Positions 39,718-52,851 of a stretch of 64,000 nucleotides of DNA are shown here, in pieces. Made by a program: the position numbers and the translations under genes. Each line of letters opens with the position of its first letter. Position 1 is the first letter of the stretch. The notes below the pieces were generated by a model that worked only from the letters and a program-made list of their open reading frames with translations, made no database searches and was not told the origin of the DNA. The DNA comes from Mobula hypostoma (taxonomy: Eukaryota). Location of the stretch: positions 67,210,001 to 67,274,000 of the forward strand of contig NC_086108.1 of the NCBI RefSeq assembly GCF_963921235.1. Reading direction: 5' to 3'.

Positions 39718-40348
39718 CAAGGGCTCAGGGTTGTTATCATTGTCTTTTATACTTTGCAATAATAACACTTTCAGCCTGCTTCTTTCAATGCGATTGGGTA
39801 TTAGGAAAGCCAAAGGTTTGTGTGGAATACATTTGGGAGCTGGTACCAATATCAACATTACATTATTTAGAGACATAGACTAGCTTCTGGGAAAATTATA
39901 TATACAATAATTCAAAGGCATCAATCCTCTGTTTTATCAAAGAGAAAATCTAAACTATGAAATGTTTTTTTTATTACTGTATAATTGTGAAATCTAAACA
40001 GCAGCTATGCTAAATAACAAATAGAACTGTTAAAAGCTGACTCATGAAGCTCTCTGGGGATCTTTCATTTAAACCATTTTACCAGATAGGAGAACAGAGA
40101 CTCTTTTAGATGCTAAATAATATTGGTGGTTTCTAATACAGTCCAGATAGATTGTAACAGTTAGATTCAAGGGAATACAGCAGGCATCATGAGTTCAGGT
40201 GCTCAAAAGTGGCAGATTGCGGAGTACATACTCTTGCGGTTTTAAGTATGTGCTTTTTAACTAGTACCCGTCTTTTATATTTTGCGTAGTGTGGGAATTA
40301 GTGTGGAGATATTTCAGGGAGAGGTTTTATCCAAATATATCTGTCAGG

Positions 40349-40900
40349 ATGGCATCTATTGAGATCAAGCAATGTCAGGTTGAGAACCCTGATGATCCCA
40401 CCCAGCCCCTAACTCTGATTAAGACCACTCATAAGCCCTTCACCCAAGGGAGAACAGAGCATTTTGTCAGAGTTGCCCTCACTTAAAGGCGCATGTGGGA
40501 ATTTGGAATTCTGGCACAAGCTGGAGGAATGATTGAAATTCACCAGATGCACCCTAAAGTTATAACATGTTGGTAAAAGTGAAGATCCTGTGGAATAAGT
40601 GGGACTGTATGGCTCAGGAAGTGTACATGGGCAACTACCGGGAATACCAATAATGAAGAAAGGTATCGCTGTTTTAAAGGGGGAGTGAGGCAATAACTGG
40701 GGGGAGGCGAAAGTAACTGGGAAACAAAAAAGGCAGACTCAGAAAGATTGCACACGGCATCTGAAGGCAGTCACCCCCAGCCTGAATGGGAAGTGAATAC
40801 AAATGAGCTGGGCCCTTTCAGCAGTCCAGCCAGCGATTGACTGGACAGTTCAGAAGGGGATGCCACCAGGGAGAGGTCCTTGCAGTCATTCATATAGAGA
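40349..40900 (+). pseudogene. Degraded retroviral/LTR gag-like fragment (tentative)
   Basis: Translation across frameshifts: LIKTTHKPFTQG/EQSILSELPSLKGACGNLEFWHKLEE*/IHQMHPK/MLVKVKILWNKW..FKGGVRQ*LGGGESNWE. This resembles a helical capsid N-terminal region. Confidence 0.35.
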
Positions 40901-41199
40901 CCACCCCATCCCCTTCCTGTACATCAATGAGAAGGCATGTGAAATGTTCATTTATTATCAAATATACAACTCTGAAATTCTTCAATTCTACAAGTAGCCA
41001 TGAAACCAAGAAAGAAAACCAAATTGATAGTGAATCTCTGGATAGAAAGAAACATAGTGTTCTTCTTCCTAAGGTATAGTTCTCTTAGTGATCAGTCTTG
41101 CATTAGCTGATCTCAACTCAGGTGTTGGTCAAGTTATGACAAATGATATTACAGGCCCATGTTAACAAGGACTAATTCCTGTTTCTGTCTGATATCCTT

Positions 41200-41640
41200 A
41201 AGGTTGATTGAGCTAGGGCTTTTCACTTTGCAGTGAAGGAGAATGAGATGTGACTTGACAGAGGTAGATAAGAGTTAGCGTGGGTAGCCATCGATTTTTC
41301 CCAGGATGGAAATGGCTAATATGAGAGGGCATAATTTTAAGGTGATTGGAGGAAAGCAGCGGGGGCAGTTGGGCGGGGGGGGGGTATTGAAGAGGTAGAG
41401 TTTTTACATTGAGAGTGGCAAGTGTGTGGAATGCAGTACCAAGCGTGCTGGTAGGTGTGGATACAATAGTGAGATTTAAGAGACTCCTAAATAGGCACTG
41501 GATGAAAGAAAAATGGAGGGCCGGGAAGAGTTTGATTGATCTTGGAGCAGGTTAAGATGTTCGCACAACATCATGGGCCGAAGGGCCTGTGCTGTGCAGT
41601 ACTGCTCTACAGAGTATATTACGGTCTATGTTCTACGTTT
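41200..41640 (+). mobile_element. CR1 3' fragment
   Basis: GAGCTAGGGCTTTTCACTTTG..AGGAGAATGAGA and GCACAACATCATGGGCCGAAGGGCCTGTGCTGTGC match the 3' end of the 35163-38499 family. Confidence 0.82.
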
Positions 41641-42339
41641 TAAAAAATGTGTATGTCAATTAAGCACAGAACTATGCTGGCTGTAATGTTCCCCTGAACG
41701 GAGTATCTGTCACTTTTTATTGGGCACATTTAATACTAACCAAACTAAACAAAAATTTATAATGAAGCACTGAAGGGCACGGTGACCAAAATTTTGGTTA
41801 AAATGGATTTAAGGAATGTCTAAGAGAAATAGGTGTGAAAAGTTTACACAACTAACTTCCAAAGTTACAATGCACAGCTGGTAGTGGCATATGAGTTACA
41901 AGGGAGCAGAAATGGAGGACCAAACTGTGTTAGAGAAATGGTAGAGATCACAGACATTGAAGGGAATGAGGTTATGGAGGGGTATGAACAAGGAGATAAA
42001 AGCTCCAAAACTGTGGTGTTAATGAACTCGGAGCCAACACAGGATAACAAGCTGAGTAATCAGGGCTCAGTGCAAAACTGGGATTCAAGAAAGAGAGCTA
42101 TAGCTGAAGTAACATAAGATGGAGATTTAAGCAGCAGATGGAGGTGATAAATGATATTGCAGAGGAGCAAAATGGGCAACCTTTGTGCTACACGAAGTCA
42201 GAGGCACAAATACTGTATGGGAAATGCAAGAAATCTGATTCAGCCAGGAAAGCAATGGAATTTGTGGCTTAGAAATGGAGTCTGTATAAAAAACTGAAGA
42301 CAACGTTTAACAAGGATCTACATTGGAAAACAAGTTGTA

Positions 42340-42870
42340 AGTAAAGATTGGATAAGTTGGGGGTCACAGTCTAGGGGAGTCTAAAACTAGAGGGCATAGG
42401 TTTAACATGAGAGAAGAAAGATTTGAAGGGGACCTGAGAGGCAGGTTTTTCCACACAGAGAGTGGTGGGTATACAGAACTAGTTGCCAGAGGAGGTCATA
42501 AACACAAGGGATCCTGCAGATGCTGGAAATCTTGAACAACACACACAAAATGCTGGAGAAACTAAGTAAGTCAGGCAGCATCTACAGAGAAGAATAAACA
42601 GCCAACATTTCAGATAAAACATTAACTGCTTATTCCCCTCCATAGATGCTGCCTGAATTGTTGAGTTCCTCCAGCATTTTGTATGTGTTGCCAGAGGCAG
42701 TGGTAGAGTAAGGCACAATTGCAATATTTAAAAGATATTTGGGCAGGTGCACGTTTAGAGGGATCTGAGCCAAATGTAGGCAAAGGGGACTAGTTTAGAT
42801 AAGCATCTTGATTAAGTTGGGCCAAAGTGCCTGTTTCTGTGTTTTACAGCTCTAAAATTCTATGACTCAA
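42340..42870 (+). mobile_element. CR1 3' fragment interrupted by a Penelope-like fold-back insert
   Basis: GGGGAGTCTAAAACTAGAGGGCATAGGTTTAA and TTTTTCCACACAGAGAGTGGTG. Tail TTCTATGACTC. Confidence 0.8.
42501..42690. mobile_element. Penelope-like fold-back insert
   Basis: Inverted arms CAACACACACAAAATGCTGGAG.. / ..CTCCAGCATTTTGTATGTGTTG. Direct repeat GTTGCCAGAGG at 42482-42492 and 42687-42697. Confidence 0.78.
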
Positions 42871-43574
42871 TGCTTGAACAAGTAGTCTAGCAACACAGTA
42901 GAAATGGAGGGAAAATGCCAGGTCAACTTTTGCATTGCAAAACCATCACTCCATTCAGAAAATCTGCAAATGTTCATAATGCAAAACATTCATGATGCTA
43001 TTTTGATACCATTTACATTATGTAAGTGTTGAGGAAATTTAAACACATATTGCAGCTTCTTTGTAGGCACTGACAAGAGACTCTTAGACATTGTCCTTCC
43101 CAATAGACCCTTTGTGGCGGCTGTACCATGCCTCACTACGCTTCTTAGCCCTAGAATGTGTCATTCTGCCGCAACCGAATGTGGATAACTCCGTGAGTTT
43201 CTGGAGACTGGAAGATATATTTCAGAGAATCGATGGTCTTCCAAAAGCAGTTACTGTTTGCCTTCATGTGCATCTTTGTATGCTCTGCAGCTGTTCCAGC
43301 TGAATCTTGCCAAAAGCTCAGCAACTCATTCCAGACCTTTGGCAAACACACATTTGAGATGATGATGGATGGCAGCCTCTTTCCCAGCACAGCCATAACA
43401 ATGAGTGAATGTGTATGTCACTGGCTTGAAGTGTTAGCTCTTCAATGCACCTTCTTAATGCCAGCTTGCTAAATATACACAAAAAATATCAGCAGCATTT
43501 GCTGTTTATTGCCCACTGATCGGCAGAGCAAAGTGCTAATACTTGAATCAATGTTAAAAACAGCAAGGTTCAAT

Positions 43575-44220
43575 ACTCAGGAGTCGAATTTATTTATCAT
43601 GTGCTCATCGAAACATGTGGCATTTTCATTAACATCCAACACACCTGAGGGTGTACTGGGGGCAGCCATAAGTGTCGCCACACGTTCCAGCACCAATATA
43701 GCATGCCCACAGTGCTTCGCAGAACACAACAAGTGACAGAACAGAGGCAGCAAATCCAGTCCTGGTCCTCCCTCCCACCCACCCACATATACAGTCCTCC
43801 AAATCCAGGATAGGCCACCTTCGGCCTCCAGCAGACTCGGGTTTCCATTTCCATAGCAGGCTCACAGAGGTTTGCAGTCTTGTATTTCTGGCGTGATGCA
43901 GAGTTTGCGCCTTCTCCATGTAACTGCATGGGTTTTATCTGCATGTTCCAGCTTCCTCTTACACCCCAAATCTCATGGCTTAGTAGTTAAAGATTAGCTT
44001 TAGTTGTCACACATACGTCGAACCATGCAGTGGAGAGCGTCAATTGTGCCCGATCGAAGAGTGCTGGGTGGCTCACAATTGTTGCTGTGCCTCTGGTGCC
44101 AACGTAGCATGCCCACAACGCACGAACCCTTACCCGACATGGTTGAAATGTGAGGGGGAACCAGAGCACTCACGTGGTCCCAGGGAGAAAGTACAAGCTC
44201 CTTACAGCTGGCGGCAGAAA
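43575..44220. mobile_element. Cluster of three SINE fragments (minus, plus, minus)
   Basis: Two minus-strand tails share CCAA..TAGCATGCCCACA. A plus-strand SINE core reads GAGTTTGCGCCTTCTCCATGTAACTGCATGGGTTT. Confidence 0.65.
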
Positions 44221-44439
44221 CACTGGTCTCTACAATTTACCTCGTAATGACCCTTGCACCTTAATATCTGCCCGAAATGCATGTTCTCTGTAGCTGCAAG
44301 TGTAAAGCTATATTCCATTTTCTGTTATAGTTTTTCCCTCATACTCCTTCAAAATACTTATGATTTGAAATAATCTGCGAAGATAGCATGCAAAACTAAG
44401 TCTTCTGGACTATGGTGCACCTACAACACACATATCACA

Positions 44440-45478
44440 TACAGCAGGTAAAGCAAAATATTACCACAGATAAGTTAATAAAATATAATTGTACGTGAAG
44501 TGCATAGCACAGGTAAATAGTAAATAGTAAACAGCTCACCGCCCTGGTGACAAGATCTTGGTGGTGACAGGGCATTCATTAGTCTCACCGCCTGGGGGAA
44601 GGAACTGTTACTCAAGGTGGCAGTCCTAGTCCTGGTGCTCCTATACCTCCTCCCTGAATGTAGTGGGTCAAAGAGATTATGGGATACATGACAGGGATCC
44701 TCAGTAATGCTTTGGACCCTTCATATACAACATTCCTGGTAAACATCTCAGAAATAAGGGGGGGGGATGTGGAGGAGGAGGGAGACCTCAGTGATCCTCT
44801 CGGTGGTTTTTACTATCCTCTGCAGTGTCTTGCAGCCTGATGCTTTGCAGCTGCGGTGCTCCACAATGATGCAGCCGGGCTGGTGCTCCTGCAGAACGGG
44901 GTCGAGGAGCCCTGCATGTCTCAAGCTCCTCAGGAAGTGCAGCCACTACTGTGCTTTCTTGACTAGTGAGGAGGAGTTGTGGGTCCAGGTTAGATCATCT
45001 GCAATGTGCACACCCAGGGACTTAGTGCTCTTCACTCTTTCTATGGCAGAGACATTGATGTGCTAGAGAGAGTGGGTCGACCTGTGCCTTCCTGAAATCC
45101 ACAATCGTATTTTTGTCTTGTCCATGTTGAGACTCAGGTTGTTATTCTCACACCATTTGGTGAACCTCTCTACTTCCTCTCTGTTTGCTGACTCGTCATT
45201 ATTGCCGATGAGGCCAACCACTACTGTATCGCCACATCACCAGCGAACTTAATGACGCAGTTTGAGCTGAGGCAGCAGCAGGCTGAGCCCACCGCCTGGG
45301 TGATGGGGGGTGTGTTCACCAGTGCTCGGCGTAATGAAGCTTGACAGACTGAGTCTTTCCGTCAAGAAGTGAAAGAGAAGGGTGTTCAGTCCCAATGCAG
45401 ACAATTTACCCACCAGCCTCTGGGGAATAATGAAGTTAAATAGTGAGCTGAAGTCAATGAAAAACACCCTGGCAGATA
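44440..45478 (-). mobile_element. Rex1/Babar LINE fragment, degraded
   Basis: ORF 45249..45482 [25 protein letters not shown]. Similar to 63160-64000. Confidence 0.8.
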
Positions 45479-46245
45479 TCAACAGTGGACTTCTGGAACT
45501 GTTATGAGGTTGGCAAGTTAAGAGTGACCTTTACAGATGGACCAGTCCAGGTGCAAGAATGTGGCCAGAAGATAACAAGCAAAATGTCACCTGCCTTTTA
45601 AAGACAGCCCTCAAAGCATGACTCTGTGTACACTTTGATCCTCTGAGTGACTCTAGGTGGGATCTTGAAATCACAGTGGCTGGTATCTTCACAAATTTGT
45701 TTTCGCTTCTTCTTGCCCTACTGTCCCCAAGCCTCCTCATTACCTGTAATGCCTAGCCTAAATCTTTCACTGGAAAATTGTTATTAGCAGTATGTGTCAC
45801 GCTGTGTGCTGGCAATATTAGAAGCCAAGTGTGGAGGAACTACAGATTCCGATGTAGAGACTGTGATGAGAGCTTATTCATAATAATTCCAAAATAGTAT
45901 CAGTGGCTCAGCCAAGCGAGCCACTAGATTAGTGTTAATCAGGCATCTGTTTAAATAGTATAAATGACACAGAATTTCAGAGCCTATCAAAATGAACTTA
46001 ACAAGCTTAAACAGAAAACACCAGGAGACTGCATTAAAACAACAAGTCACTCCAGAAAAACACAAAGAACACCAAACAATTATTGACTCTCATTAGACAA
46101 TTAACCAGTTTAGGTGGTCTGAAAACCTTGGGGCCCAACGCTCTCCAGCACCTCACACAGGTCAGAAGAGCTCATTACAGAATGACCATTGAGGTACCAA
46201 CCAAATGAGTTCTTCAGCTGTAAAATGCTGCACCTTGGGAGCACT

Positions 46246-47138
46246 TCAAAGCTCAAAGTGAAATTTATTCTCAGAGTGCATGTATGTCACCACATACAAC
46301 CCTGAGATTATTTTTCCAGTGGGCATACTTTGCAAATCTATAGAACAGTAACTGTAAACAGGATCATGGAACAAACTGTACAAATGCAAATATAAATAAA
46401 AAGCAATAAATAACCAGAGCATGAAATAACAAAATAAAGAGTCCAAAAAGTGAAACCATCGGTTGTGGGAACCACGAGAAATAGAATGAGTGTAGTTATC
46501 CTCTATTGTTCGAGAGCCTGAGTTGAGTGGTAGTAACTGTTCTTGAACTTGCTGGTGCAAGTCCTGAGGTGCTTGACCGTCTACCCGATGGCAGCAGCAA
46601 GAAAAGAGCATGGCCTGGGTGGTGAGGATCTTTGATGATGAATGCTGCTTTTCTATGGCAACGTTTCATGTAGACGTGCTCAGTGGTTGTGTGGGCTTTA
46701 CCTGTGATGTACTGGGCTGAATCCACTACTGTACCTTTTGTAGGATTTTCCATCAAAGGCACAGGTGTTCCCATACCAGTCCGTAATGCAGGTCTTTCCA
46801 CCAGACATCTATAGAAGTTTGTCGTGGTTTTTGAAAACATGCCGAATCTCTGAAGACTCCTGAGGAAATAGAGGTGCTGTCATGCTTTCTTTGCAATTAC
46901 ATCTACATGATGTATCCAGGACAGGTCCTCTGAGATGGTGACACCCAGGAATTTAAAGTTAACTGACCCTCTCCACTGCTGAAACTCTGATGAGTACTGG
47001 CTCATGGACCTCTGGTTTCCCTCTCCAGAAGTCTACAATCAGTTCCTTGCTCTTGTTGACATTGAATGAGAGGTTGTTGTTATTACACCACTCAGCCAAA
47101 TTTTCAAACTCCCTCATGTGTCCCGTTTCATCATCACC
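46246..47138 (-). mobile_element. Rex1/Babar LINE 3' fragment
   Basis: ORF 46496..46840 IIKDPHHPGHALFLLLPSGRR. Same family as 8776-9730. Confidence 0.88.
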
Positions 47139-48876
47139 ATAGAGCGCTTAGAGCGCTTTGGGAGATGTTTCAGCAGTTTTCAGTGAAACCTGTAACTGAT
47201 CTGTGAAGTAAATAACATCTAAGTGAAGACACAAGAGATTCTAGTGACTGGGCCTAGGGCAGAGTTTCAATCCAAAAGATTGTCAATTCCTTTCCTCCCA
47301 CAGATGCTGCTCAACCCACTGAGGCCTAGGCAGTTGAAGGAATTCTTGTCACGGGTGGAATTATTAAACTTGGGAATGACAAAAATGTCGGAGTTGAAAA
47401 ATTGTAGATACCTCACGGGATTATGCGGCTGAAAGATACGGAAGGAGTTGGGAAAGAAAAGCAACAGATTGTTTATTGCATCATCCACATGAAAATTGTG
47501 GTGAAAGTGAAATGGAGCACCTGTACCCTTTGCTTTCCTCTGACTGTTCAACGATGGCTTTTTGCTAGAGCTTGTACAAAAGCTCCAGTTTAGGTCCAAT
47601 GAATCAAAGCAGGTGATGCACGGTGATCGACATCATTAGATACGTGTCTGATGCTGAGAAAATGTCAAACACATGAATGTATCTTATGGCTGGAAATGTC
47701 TATTCCAATTTCACAAGAGTTCATCAGAAATGGTTGCTCTTGTTTGCTACAATTAAACTGATATTAAATTGAACTGCACCGAAAATGGCATCTCCTAAAC
47801 ATTCTACTGTGTTAGCAAATATCTTAAAGCTCTGAGAGACAACAAAATCATTTCAACACAAACACAAGCATAATATCAGAATGTGTGCCCATGCAGTAAT
47901 CCCTTGATACAAGTCAACATGTAAAGTTCCCTTTTAAGACTTGAATATTAACATATTTTTTAAAAGTTCTTTTTGAATTTCACTGTGCTGGAAATGGTGG
48001 AAATTATCTCCCAAATGGCTCAAAATTAAGTTAAGCAAGTTCAAAATATTTGATTTAGGTTGTTTGTATTTCATCGATCTCGGGTCAGTTTTGCCTGTGG
48101 TATTTATGATTTATGGGGTTAGTGTCACTTAGGGCTCTTTTTCTGCCAAACACTGATCTCCATTGCTGATTTACTGCAGGGGAAGTTCTGTGAAACCCCT
48201 CAACACCACTTTTCAATGGAAAGTGAAAACTCGCAGTCAGTAAGCTCACAGTTTTCTGATGTATTTTAGCTGTGTGTGGCTCCACTAACAGCATGGGGGA
48301 CTCACAAACGCTAGTCTTCCTACTGTGCAACTGTTGATCATTATTCATTAATTCCTGACCAAAGACATATTTATGCATCCGTGCTGTATGCGGTCATTGA
48401 TATCCAAGGTGCGTCTAATATCTATAATAAGTAAAATACAACTACAAATCCTTTTGACTGCAGCAAATATTACAGAAATGAATTGATACCTTTGAAGTTC
48501 TACAGTAAGTTACCTCCAATCAAATGTTCAAGCCATTCCAGAGCTGTTCACAAGTTTTCAATTATTCTGAACTATAATGCAATTATTCCCTGTAAATGTT
48601 CCATGATGCCTTGTATATCCAACCATTTCACAAACAGTTTCTGGTATGTGAACTGATACTACATGCCCAAAATTATTTTCAGAGAAAATGAAATGAAAAA
48701 AAATCACCAATAGGATGAGCAGAGAGACAGCCTTCGTGTATCTTCAGTTGTTTTGGTGATGGTTGGTAATAGATGAGAAAAAGCAGAACATACAGTAATT
48801 CTTTGAATTATTTATAGTAGAGTTGGTTATTTCTGTGACTGTATTAAAATGTTAAAAAGAATATGTCTGGACAGTA

Positions 48877-49080
48877 AACACAAAATACTCTGCAGATGCT
48901 GGGGTCAAAGCAACACTTACAATACGCTGGAGGAACTCAGCAACTCGGGCAGCATCTGTGGAAATGATCAGTCAGTGTTTCGGGCCGGAACCCTACGTCA
49001 GGACTGGCGAAGGGTTCTGGCCCGTAACGTTGACTGATCGTTTCCACGGATGCTGCCCGGCCTGCTGAGTTCCTCCAGCG
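48877..49080. mobile_element. Penelope-like fold-back insert with two opposed hammerhead motifs
   Basis: Exact 15-bp direct repeat TATGTCTGGACAGTA at 48862-48876 and 49081-49095. Minus-strand motif at 49006-48969 and plus-strand motif at 49004-49036. Confidence 0.88.
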
Positions 49081-49504
49081 TATGTCTGGACAGTAGTTTG
49101 TTCAAGATCTGCTGATTGTGCTTTCTTTGTGTGTAAGTAGGCATTTGCAGTATGCCAGTATGGAATACTCTGTCGTTCGATGGTGGCATATCTTACCTAT
49201 TGCTCTGCCCCTGAGTTCATAGCTGGGTCCAAGTGTGCTTCCTGTTCAAAAAGGCTTTATATACATTGTATTTGGACCTTCAGATCCATATTCATTTCTA
49301 TTTAGCCACCAACTTTCATTTAAAAGGTAAACAAAATCCTACGTTTTTGCTTATTTTCCTTTATTTTGATTCATATTACTGTGTTTCAGTAATTTAAAGA
49401 CCACTAAAGCAAAGAGCCATTGAGATAATATAGAGATATGGCCTTAGAATCTTCTGCCTGATGTCAAGTTGTGGCAGGACAGCTAGGTTCTTATTTAGTA
49501 AGGA

Positions 49505-49618
49505 TGTTAAAGGTTAAGGGCAGATGGCAGGAGAATGAGGTTGAAAGGGCAAATTAATCAGCCATGAACTTGATGGGCTGAATGGCCTAATTCTGCTCCT
49601 ATGTCTTATGGTCCTATG
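49505..49618 (+). mobile_element. CR1 3' tail
   Basis: GGCAGGAGAATGAGGTTGA..ATCAGCCATGA..GGGCTGAATGGCCTAATTCTGCTCCTATGTCTTATGG. Confidence 0.8.
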
Positions 49619-51114
49619 GACAGCTTGGTGACAGGACTCTGAGATCACAGGAGCTGCTTGGCCACAATAGTTAAGTGTGGTGTGGGAAGAGTGTGGGAAG
49701 CACACTTGAAGCATCAGCCATTTCAAATATGATTCAGCCCATTGGCTGAAAGTCAGAGGGCCTCTTTCCCTACCTTGCAATGTTGTAAATCTTTAGGGTA
49801 AAATTACTTTCACAAGTGTAATCAACTGTTTTCAAATGCGTCAAACCGAATCACTTTATAATGTGAAGGGAAATGTTCGCTCTTGAATCATGTGATATCA
49901 TGGATCCCAATGGAATCTATGAAGCTGCCAAGCAATCACAAATAAAATGATCACAGTCAATAAATAATACACTTGGTAGATAGCCTAAACTCAACTTCCT
50001 GCTTCAGACCCGTAGTTTTGTGCAAAACAGGAAATTCTGCTCCCCAATTTGTTATTTTTAATACAAATTTTTTGATGGACATTCCTGGCACCAAAAGCAT
50101 AAAGTGGAAAACCCCAGCCCAATGTTTCTTACTGTATGTGTATTCACCTGTTAAAGTATTTCCCAAGAGTTTCCCCTATGACTTAGTAAATGAGTGTGCT
50201 GTACGGGACAGAATTAATGTGTTGTGATCAGAAAGGTTACATACTGAATCTCTGGTGTATGCTGATCCACATGAAGGTAACTGACCTGAACCAGGCTGTT
50301 GGTTGGAAGGTCTATAAAGCTTTCAGCAGAGGAAAATGGCATAAAATGATTCTTGTTTTCTGCTTGCTATCCAGTTACCCATAATGAATATTGAAAAAGT
50401 GCAGTCTTGATAATCACCAAGTTTAAATTGTCAGACATTTATTATCATAAATATTTCAAATAAAAAAAGGGGCTAATTTTAAAGCAAGCATTTAACGCCT
50501 TAAAAAGTGGAGAGAGGAAACATTTCTGGGAAGAAATGTTTAACCAGAGTTCGGATAGACACATTAGCACTGATGTCTGTTTTCTCTAGGACTTTGATAC
50601 AAAAATAAATAAATCTTTTGCTGCAACAGTCACGGAGGGTTCGATGCACTACATGAGTCTATGGAATTTCCAGCATAAACACGCACTGTGTCATGGGAAA
50701 ATATGTAATTACTTTGAAAGAATTCACAGCCTGTACATTCACAAAAATGCAATGGGTACTGTGAACACAGATGAAAAATATTTCAGATTTTACCACTAAA
50801 AGCATTGATTGATCAGGTATTAATGTTATTTTAGAGTAAATAATATGGCACTAGATGTAGAAAAAAAAATCCCAAATTCCTAATATATGACTATTCATTT
50901 GTATTTCTATAAAAGTAGCCTGACCCTGGCGTTGCTAAAATAAAAAGATCCTGGAAGCACTCAGCAGATCAAGCAGTATCTATGGTTAGGGAAGCAGATT
51001 TAACAATTCAGCTTGAAGATCCTTCCTCAAAACTGGGAAAGATAGAAAACTGAATAGTTGTAGAAAGGATGGGGGTAGGATGGTTCCAACAATGAGAATA
51101 TCGCTGATAGAGTA

Positions 51115-51462
51115 AGGAGCGTTAGGTCCTACACCACTGGGCTCAGGAATAGTTATCCTTCAACCGTCAGGCATCTGAACCAGCATGGGTAACTTCAGTC
51201 AATGCAACACTGACATGATTCTACAATTTATTACAATTTCAAGAACTCTACAACTCATACTTTCAGCATTATTTATTTATCGCATTTGTAGTTTGTCTTT
51301 TTTTGTGCGTTGATTGATTGTCAGTCTTTGTGTGTAGTTTTTTGTTGATTCTGTTGTATGTGTAATTTTTTTCTGTTCTACTATGAATGCCTGCAAGAAA
51401 ATTAGTTTCAGGGTGTAGGTGACTCACACATACTTTGATAATAAATCTACTTTGAACTTTGA
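51115..51462 (+). mobile_element. Rex1/Babar 3' tail
   Basis: CACCACTGGGCTCAGGAATAGTTATCCTTCAACCGTCAGG ... ACTTTGATAATAAATCTACTTTGAACTTTGA. Confidence 0.8.
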
Positions 51463-51656
51463 AGATCACTATTAGTATAAACTGTTGTGTTAATCTGGTT
51501 GACAGGTTTACGAGAACAATTATAGAGAAGAAAGATGAAATGAAAAAGTTGCACGTGGAACCAAGGGTTGTAAAAGATGAGAAATGCAGAGCTGTGTTAA
51601 ATGCTATGGATGTCAGATCATGATAATGGAGATAGGCAAAGCTGGGGGTGGCGGGG

Positions 51657-51678
51657 GAAGAGAAAAGAGAGAGAGAAA

Positions 51679-51743
<65 letters not shown>
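51657..51743. repeat. (GA)n microsatellite / polypurine tract
   Basis: Directly visible. Confidence 0.97.
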
Positions 51744-51746
<3 letters not shown>

Positions 51747-52755
51747 AAAATAATTGTAATTAAATCATCCTGTTGAAGGTTTCAATAAATATGCTAATAC
51801 ACATAAGATCTGAACTATTCACATCACTAGAAAGGCCTAGTTAAGCAACAGGTTTGAGCTTTTTATACAATATCCTATGGACCAAGACCCACTAAACACT
51901 ACGGATACACTACGGATACACTGTTGATACATTTCAAACCTACCTCTCTCTGCTATGTGAAAGGCTTAATGATGTTGTCAATGGTGTCCTTTCCTCAAAG
52001 TCCATTACCAATTATCCTTACAAATTGCTATATGACATCCATCTCAATAATTTCAACCATGGGAATTCTTTCTCTAGATTTTGCCCCACAAAACACCATC
52101 TATATGATCAGCTTTACACCTCTCCATACAATGCTTCACCAACTTTGAGAACATAACATCTCCTCTGATACACTAGTGATTATTTAATGCCTATACCTAA
52201 TGAAGAAGTGTCTTCCAGCGAAACAGTTAAAAGATAAAATTGATCCTCTCCACCTCCAGCCTAACATTAGTATTTGATTCAGTTTACCTCTCCCCCATTT
52301 CTCATTTGGATCAAATTCTATATTATACAGTTTCTGTATCCTGATTGACCCCGAACAGAGCTTCAAACCCCATATGATTTCCATCACCAAGATCATTTAT
52401 TTTAACTTCTTTGCTATTGTATACTTTGGCATACCTCAGTAATACTCTGAGCTGCATGTTTTGCCCTTTGACTTCTTTTGCTGAATCAAATATCTGGAGA
52501 TATATAAATTCATAAGGCCTTGAACAATATAGTCAGCTCCAAATAAAATCAATGTAAAATGCTAAATGAAATTTACAGACACTTGCAAAGAACAGAAAAT
52601 CTGCAGCAACTTGAAGTCAAAATGATATTATTACCTCAGTTTTAAGTCAAATATCATGAAACACAGAATGGCAACTTTTTTTTAAAGTTCTTTAATTATA
52701 AAAATAATTGCATGTGTGTTATCTGTTTCATTGCACTAAAAAGGGGACAAAAGTT

Positions 52756-52851
52756 TTGCTGAAGGGTATTGGCCTGAAATGTTGACTATTCTCTTTTCCA
52801 TAGCTGCCGCCTGGCCTGCTGAGTTCCTCCAGCATTTTGTGTGAGTTGCTA
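52756..52851 (+). mobile_element. Penelope-like monomeric insert with a degenerate hammerhead motif
   Basis: TTGCTGA AGGGTATTGGCCT GAAA TGTT GACT. Exact direct repeat GGACAAAAGTT at 52745-52755 and 52852-52862. Confidence 0.8.

Noticed and set aside
43091..43472. Overlapping short ORFs in non-repeat DNA as a host exon
   Set aside because: No recognisable protein similarity or convincing splice signals.
51896..51921. Short tandem duplication (CACTACGGATA) x2
   Set aside because: Ordinary slippage next to what is probably a very old L2-like remnant (about 51920-52470) that is too decayed to call.
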